Source: Massalongia carnosa
Taxonomy: Eukaryota
Assembly: GCA_965645245.1 (NCBI GenBank)
Contig: OZ287073.1
Span: 2,294,001 to 2,358,000, forward strand
Reading direction: 5' to 3'
DNA: 64,000 nucleotides
The position numbers and the translations under genes were made by a program. Numbering within the stretch: the first letter of the stretch is position 1; every line of letters starts with the position of its first letter. Shown here one piece after another: positions 59,944-64,000 of the stretch. The notes beneath the pieces are model-generated. The model was not told the origin of the DNA. It made no database searches and saw nothing but the letters and a program-made list of their open reading frames with translations.

Positions 59944-60130
59944 TATCTCGGCAGCTCGACTACGATTCCTTTAGGTAGGAAGAATCAGCACCTCGGCAGC
60001 TCCTTACGATTTCTATGGTAGGATAAACCAGCACCTCGGCAGCTCCTTACGATTCCTATGGTAGGATAAACCAGCACCTCGGCAGCTCCTTACGATTCCT
60101 GTGGCAGGATAAACCAGCACTCCCGGCAGC
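59944..60130 (+). repeat. 43-bp tandem repeat (about 4.4 copies) in the Copia 5' leader
   Basis: CAGCAC at 59986, 60029, 60072 and 60115; unit CAGCACCTCGGCAGCTCCTTACGATTCCTATGGTAGGATAAAC. Confidence 0.9.
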
Positions 60131-60170
60131 TTGATACGACGGATCCAACAAGCACAATTAAATATCAAAA

Positions 60171-63100
60171 ATGACAACAATCGCAGACGATCTAGCGAAA
60201 AGAAGACCCTTGCCCGTTCTGACAAGGGAGAACTATCAAAGATGGTTCGAGCTGGCCGAAATGCATTTCGAAGCGGAAGGCATCTTTCATACAATAAGCG
60301 AGCCACAGCCCAATTCCTCGTACATTCAGCAACGAATGGACAAATTAAGCCTTGATGGAAAAGGAATAGATAAATCAGACACACCCCTCACCCCGGAAAC
60401 CCCAATTATCGATTCGGAAAGATGGAGAAAGGACAACGCTAAAGCATGCTATCTTATAACCATCTGCTTAAGCCAATTCGATCAAGAACGCGTAAGAGTG
60501 ATGAAGACAGCGGCGGAAAAGTGGACCTCGCTGTTAAGCAAGTACAACAGCATCCTTCCCACTTCAGGAAGACATTACCTTCAAGAGCTGGTGTCATATA
60601 AAATGAAAGAGAACACCACCGTTCAGGAAGCATGGGGGGAACTTTTGTTGTTGAGAGACAAGGTCGTCATGGCCACACCCACACTTCGAGACGCATTTCC
60701 CACTCGGCAACTATTCCAATTACTCTTAAAATCTCTCCCAGCCGAGTACGCGGTCATTAGGGACGGAATTGATGCAATTGGGGGAGTAGATGCCGAAATT
60801 GGCATAAAAAGGTTGGAAGACAAAGAAATTCAGCTAACACAGGCGAAAGCAGATTTAGCCTTGCTCGCAAAGCAGAAAGAACAGCGAAGAGAGCAGCGAC
60901 GGCCTCTCAACCCATCCAGAAGTCAAAGCACATTCAACAACTCCAGGCAGGAGCGATCCAGACGGCACGAAAGGTCCTCAAGTGCAAAGAGAGAAACGAA
61001 AATCAAGGACAACTCGCAAAAGGGATGCTTAATCTGTGGAGAAGTCGGCCACTGGACCAAAGAGTGCGAATTCTTGGAAAGCACTCGCAGCCACGTCAGG
61101 AGCCTCGCGAAGAAGAAGAAAGAGGTCAATAAAGGCAAATCATCCGTCAAGCGCCATCGGAGCTATCTCGCTGGCGAGTCAGAAGAAGAGGACGAGAACG
61201 ATAGCTTCTCATCAGGCGACAATGACGATGATCTAGATGATCTCGAGGAAACTGCGGCCCTCTCCAGAGAAGCAGTCTGTAAGATTCCCAGAACAAAATG
61301 GGTAGCTGACTCTGGCGCATCATCCCACATGACTGACAAGCTTCAGCTCTTTAGCGGACCTCTGACAAAGATTAGAGAAAGAAGAATAAAGGTCGGCGGG
61401 GGAGAATTGAGAGCATGTCATCGCGGTACGTGCGTGATCAAGGATGGGCACGGAAATCTGGGATTTCTTTCTTCTGTCCTTTATGTCCCCAAGCTAGGGG
61501 TTAATCTCTTGTCTGGAAGGCGGATGTGCGAGAAGGGCCTCATCGGAAGTTTCGATCAGCACGGGCTGAAGATGCATGACAAGCAAGGCAAGGAGATCAT
61601 GGAGGCACGGCAGCGAGGGGGAGTATATATCGTCGAGAAAATAGCAAAGGATCTCGATGAACTCGCATTAACCGCGTCCATGCATCATGACATTGCCTTT
61701 CCAAGCAAAGTTGATATTGCATCACTCTCGTCTTCATCAGAGGCGTTAAAGCCGCGCGGCGCGGGTTTAACATGTCCAACAACACATAACAATATGGAAA
61801 TCGAGATTGAGTCAACACCCGCACTTAACCCAACCAAGACGGACAAAGACTCTGAAACGTACAGGCTATGGCATCGAAGATTCGCTCACCTAGGCCGAGA
61901 AAAGCTTCGTAACCTGCATAAGGTCACCACCCTAGAAAAGCCTATTCCGGTCAGCAAAGAAGAGGATCACATTTGCGAGGTATGCGCGCTCACTAAGCTC
62001 ACCAATAAAAGAGGCAAAGCGACAGAGCGAAAAACCTCACTTCTGGCTCTGGTCTCCATCGATATTTGCGGTCCTTTGCCTGCCTCTCGAGAAGGATACA
62101 CATACTTTTTGGAAATTGTGGACAACTATTCTAGAAAGATATGGTCCATTCCACTCAAAAGGCGAGACGAAGCACCAGGTGAATTGCGAAATTGGAGAAT
62201 AAAAGTCGAATTACAAAGTGCACAAAGTCTATTGGCTGTACGGAGTGACAATGCCACCGAGCTGAAGGCTACTCTTGATGAATGGTGCTCCTCAATCGGT
62301 ATTATTCCGCAATACACCGTTCCTCATATGTCTATTCAGAACGGAGTCGCCGAGCGAGCAATTCGTACCACCGAGAACTCGGTGCGAGCCATGATAAAGG
62401 ACGCAGAACTCCCAATCGAATTCTGGAAGGAAGCCATGGAAACTGATGCATATCTTCGGAATCGCACGGGATGCGGACCGATCATCGACGGCTATGCTAG
62501 CACACCGGAAGAAGCCTTCACGGGCGTCAAGCCATCCATTGATCACATTAGGGTATGGGGATGCAAATGCTATTCGTACGTCGATCCCAAATCGCTACCC
62601 GCGGGGGACAGAAGAGACAAGTTCATGGACAGAGGCAGAATCGGAGTCTTTATGGGATATGTAGAAGAGACCACTAAACAGTATCGTCTCTGGGCACCCA
62701 ACATGGGAAAAATCATCAGAAGCCATGTCGTAAAATTTGATGAAAATTTAAAAGGTGGCAGCGTTGATTTAAACTTGCGGAAGCAGACACCCAACGTGCT
62801 AGCAGAAAGACGGCCAGTAGGAAGATCACAAAAGACAAAAGAAACGAAAATCAGCGAACCCGCCAAATTAGTAGAAAGATTTTCGCATGTGGAGGTTCCT
62901 AGTCAACAGAATCAAACTCATGACCAACCAAACCCGAAAGATGATGTCACTCAAAACGTACCACCAATCCCAACTTCCGAAGAGTCGCCCATAGCGAATG
63001 ATTCAATCCCAGCCGCAGCTGTGCCTAAGGCTAGCACTAGCATATTCTCTCATGTTGCAATCCCGAAGCGAAAGCGATCTGATGAAGACTCAGTTCCCGA

Positions 63101-64000
63101 AGAACCGGCTTTCAAAATACCACGCGCTTTTCTAGCGCTGTTCGCCGACGATAATAACGAGGATGAAGATGGCTATCTCAAATTCGAATCTGCCCTATCG
63201 GCTGGTGCTTCTTCATTTGAAAGAAACATACCCGAGCCTAAGTCTTACAAGGAAGCAGTAAATGATCCGATGTGGGGGGAACTATGGAAAGAAGCAGTGA
63301 ACACCGAGATCAAGGCGCTCATCGGTAATAAGACTTGGAAAGAAGTTGTTCCACCTCCCAAAACGAACATCGTCACCTGCAAATGGGTGTTTAAAGTAAA
63401 AAACAACCTCGATGGCTCATTGGAGTAGTTTAAAGCAAGATTAGTCGCCCGTGGGTTTACTCAAAAATACGGCATCGACTATGAGGACACTTTCGCCCCC
63501 ACGGTAAGATCAGATATCCTACGTGCAGTGCTTGCCATAGTAGCGATGGAAAACCTGGAATGTCATCAAGTGGACGTGAATAACGCATTTACCCAATCAA
63601 CCTTGAAAGATGTCATTTACATGACCGCACCGGAAGGAGTAAACGTTGCCCCTGGTAGAGTTCTTCAGATTCTGCAAAGTCTGTACGGTTTAAAGCAGTC
63701 CGCCAGAGAATGGAATAGCCGCTGTACAAATGAGCTGACCAAACTAGGCTTCATTCAATGCTCATCTGACCCATGCCTATTCACTCATCCTAAAAAGGGA
63801 ATCATCATATTCATGCACGTAGATGACCTGGTGATCGCCTCCAAAATGATGAAAGAGATCGATTGGTTCAAGAAAGAGTTCAATGCTGCCGTTAGCATCA
63901 AGGACCTAGGAGAAGTGTCGAAGGTTCTGGGCATACGAGTAACCAGAGATCGGAAAAATCGAACTCTTCGAATGGACCAGACGCATTATCTCAAAGATGT
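60171..64000 (+). pseudogene. Copia gag-PR-IN-RT polyprotein with an in-frame stop at 63426-63428
   Basis: CLICGEVGHWTKEC, WVADSGAS, WHRRFAH, SIDICGP, SDNA, NGVAER. The frame continues after TAG as FKARLVARGF and has HVDDL in place of YVDDL. Confidence 0.9.

Larger units (their letters stand above)
59723..64000 (+). mobile_element. Ty1/Copia retrotransposon, runs off the window
   Basis: LTR about 59723-59877 beginning TGTTGG; PBS GGTTATGAGC at 59878; gag-pol follows. Confidence 0.93.

Noticed and set aside
63426..63428. Programmed stop-codon readthrough in Copia pol
   Set aside because: The TAG lies inside RT at a normally K/R codon before FKARLV, and the element also has YVDD>HVDD, so decay is more likely.

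Overview
Eukaryotic DNA, most likely a filamentous ascomycete (short GT-AG introns with CTAAC/CTGAC branch sites, fungal-type NLR and HET genes, RIP-like C>T/G>A scars). About two-thirds of the window is nested transposable elements: Tc1, MULE, pogo/Fot1, three chromoviral Ty3/Gypsy elements, a tyrosine-recombinase (Ngaro/DIRS-like) retroelement, a 5'-truncated LINE, a Ty1/Copia element, about 10 solo LTRs and two MITEs. The four apparently intact host genes all look like non-self-recognition or cell-death genes: (1) a SesB-like hydrolase/NB-ARC/TPR NLR with 10 near-identical hypervariable TPRs and a small amyloid-motif-like exon; (2) a HeLo-like + kinase-C-lobe-like protein (MLKL-like architecture); (3) head-to-head with it, a helical-domain/kinase/7xWD40 protein with HET-E-type hypervariable repeats and no NACHT/NB-ARC; (4) a HET-domain gene. 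The best candidate for an undescribed system is the divergent pair at 13091-18497, a possible NLR-independent, necroptosis-like sensor/executioner module. All domain calls come from motif recognition by eye; no database search was run.
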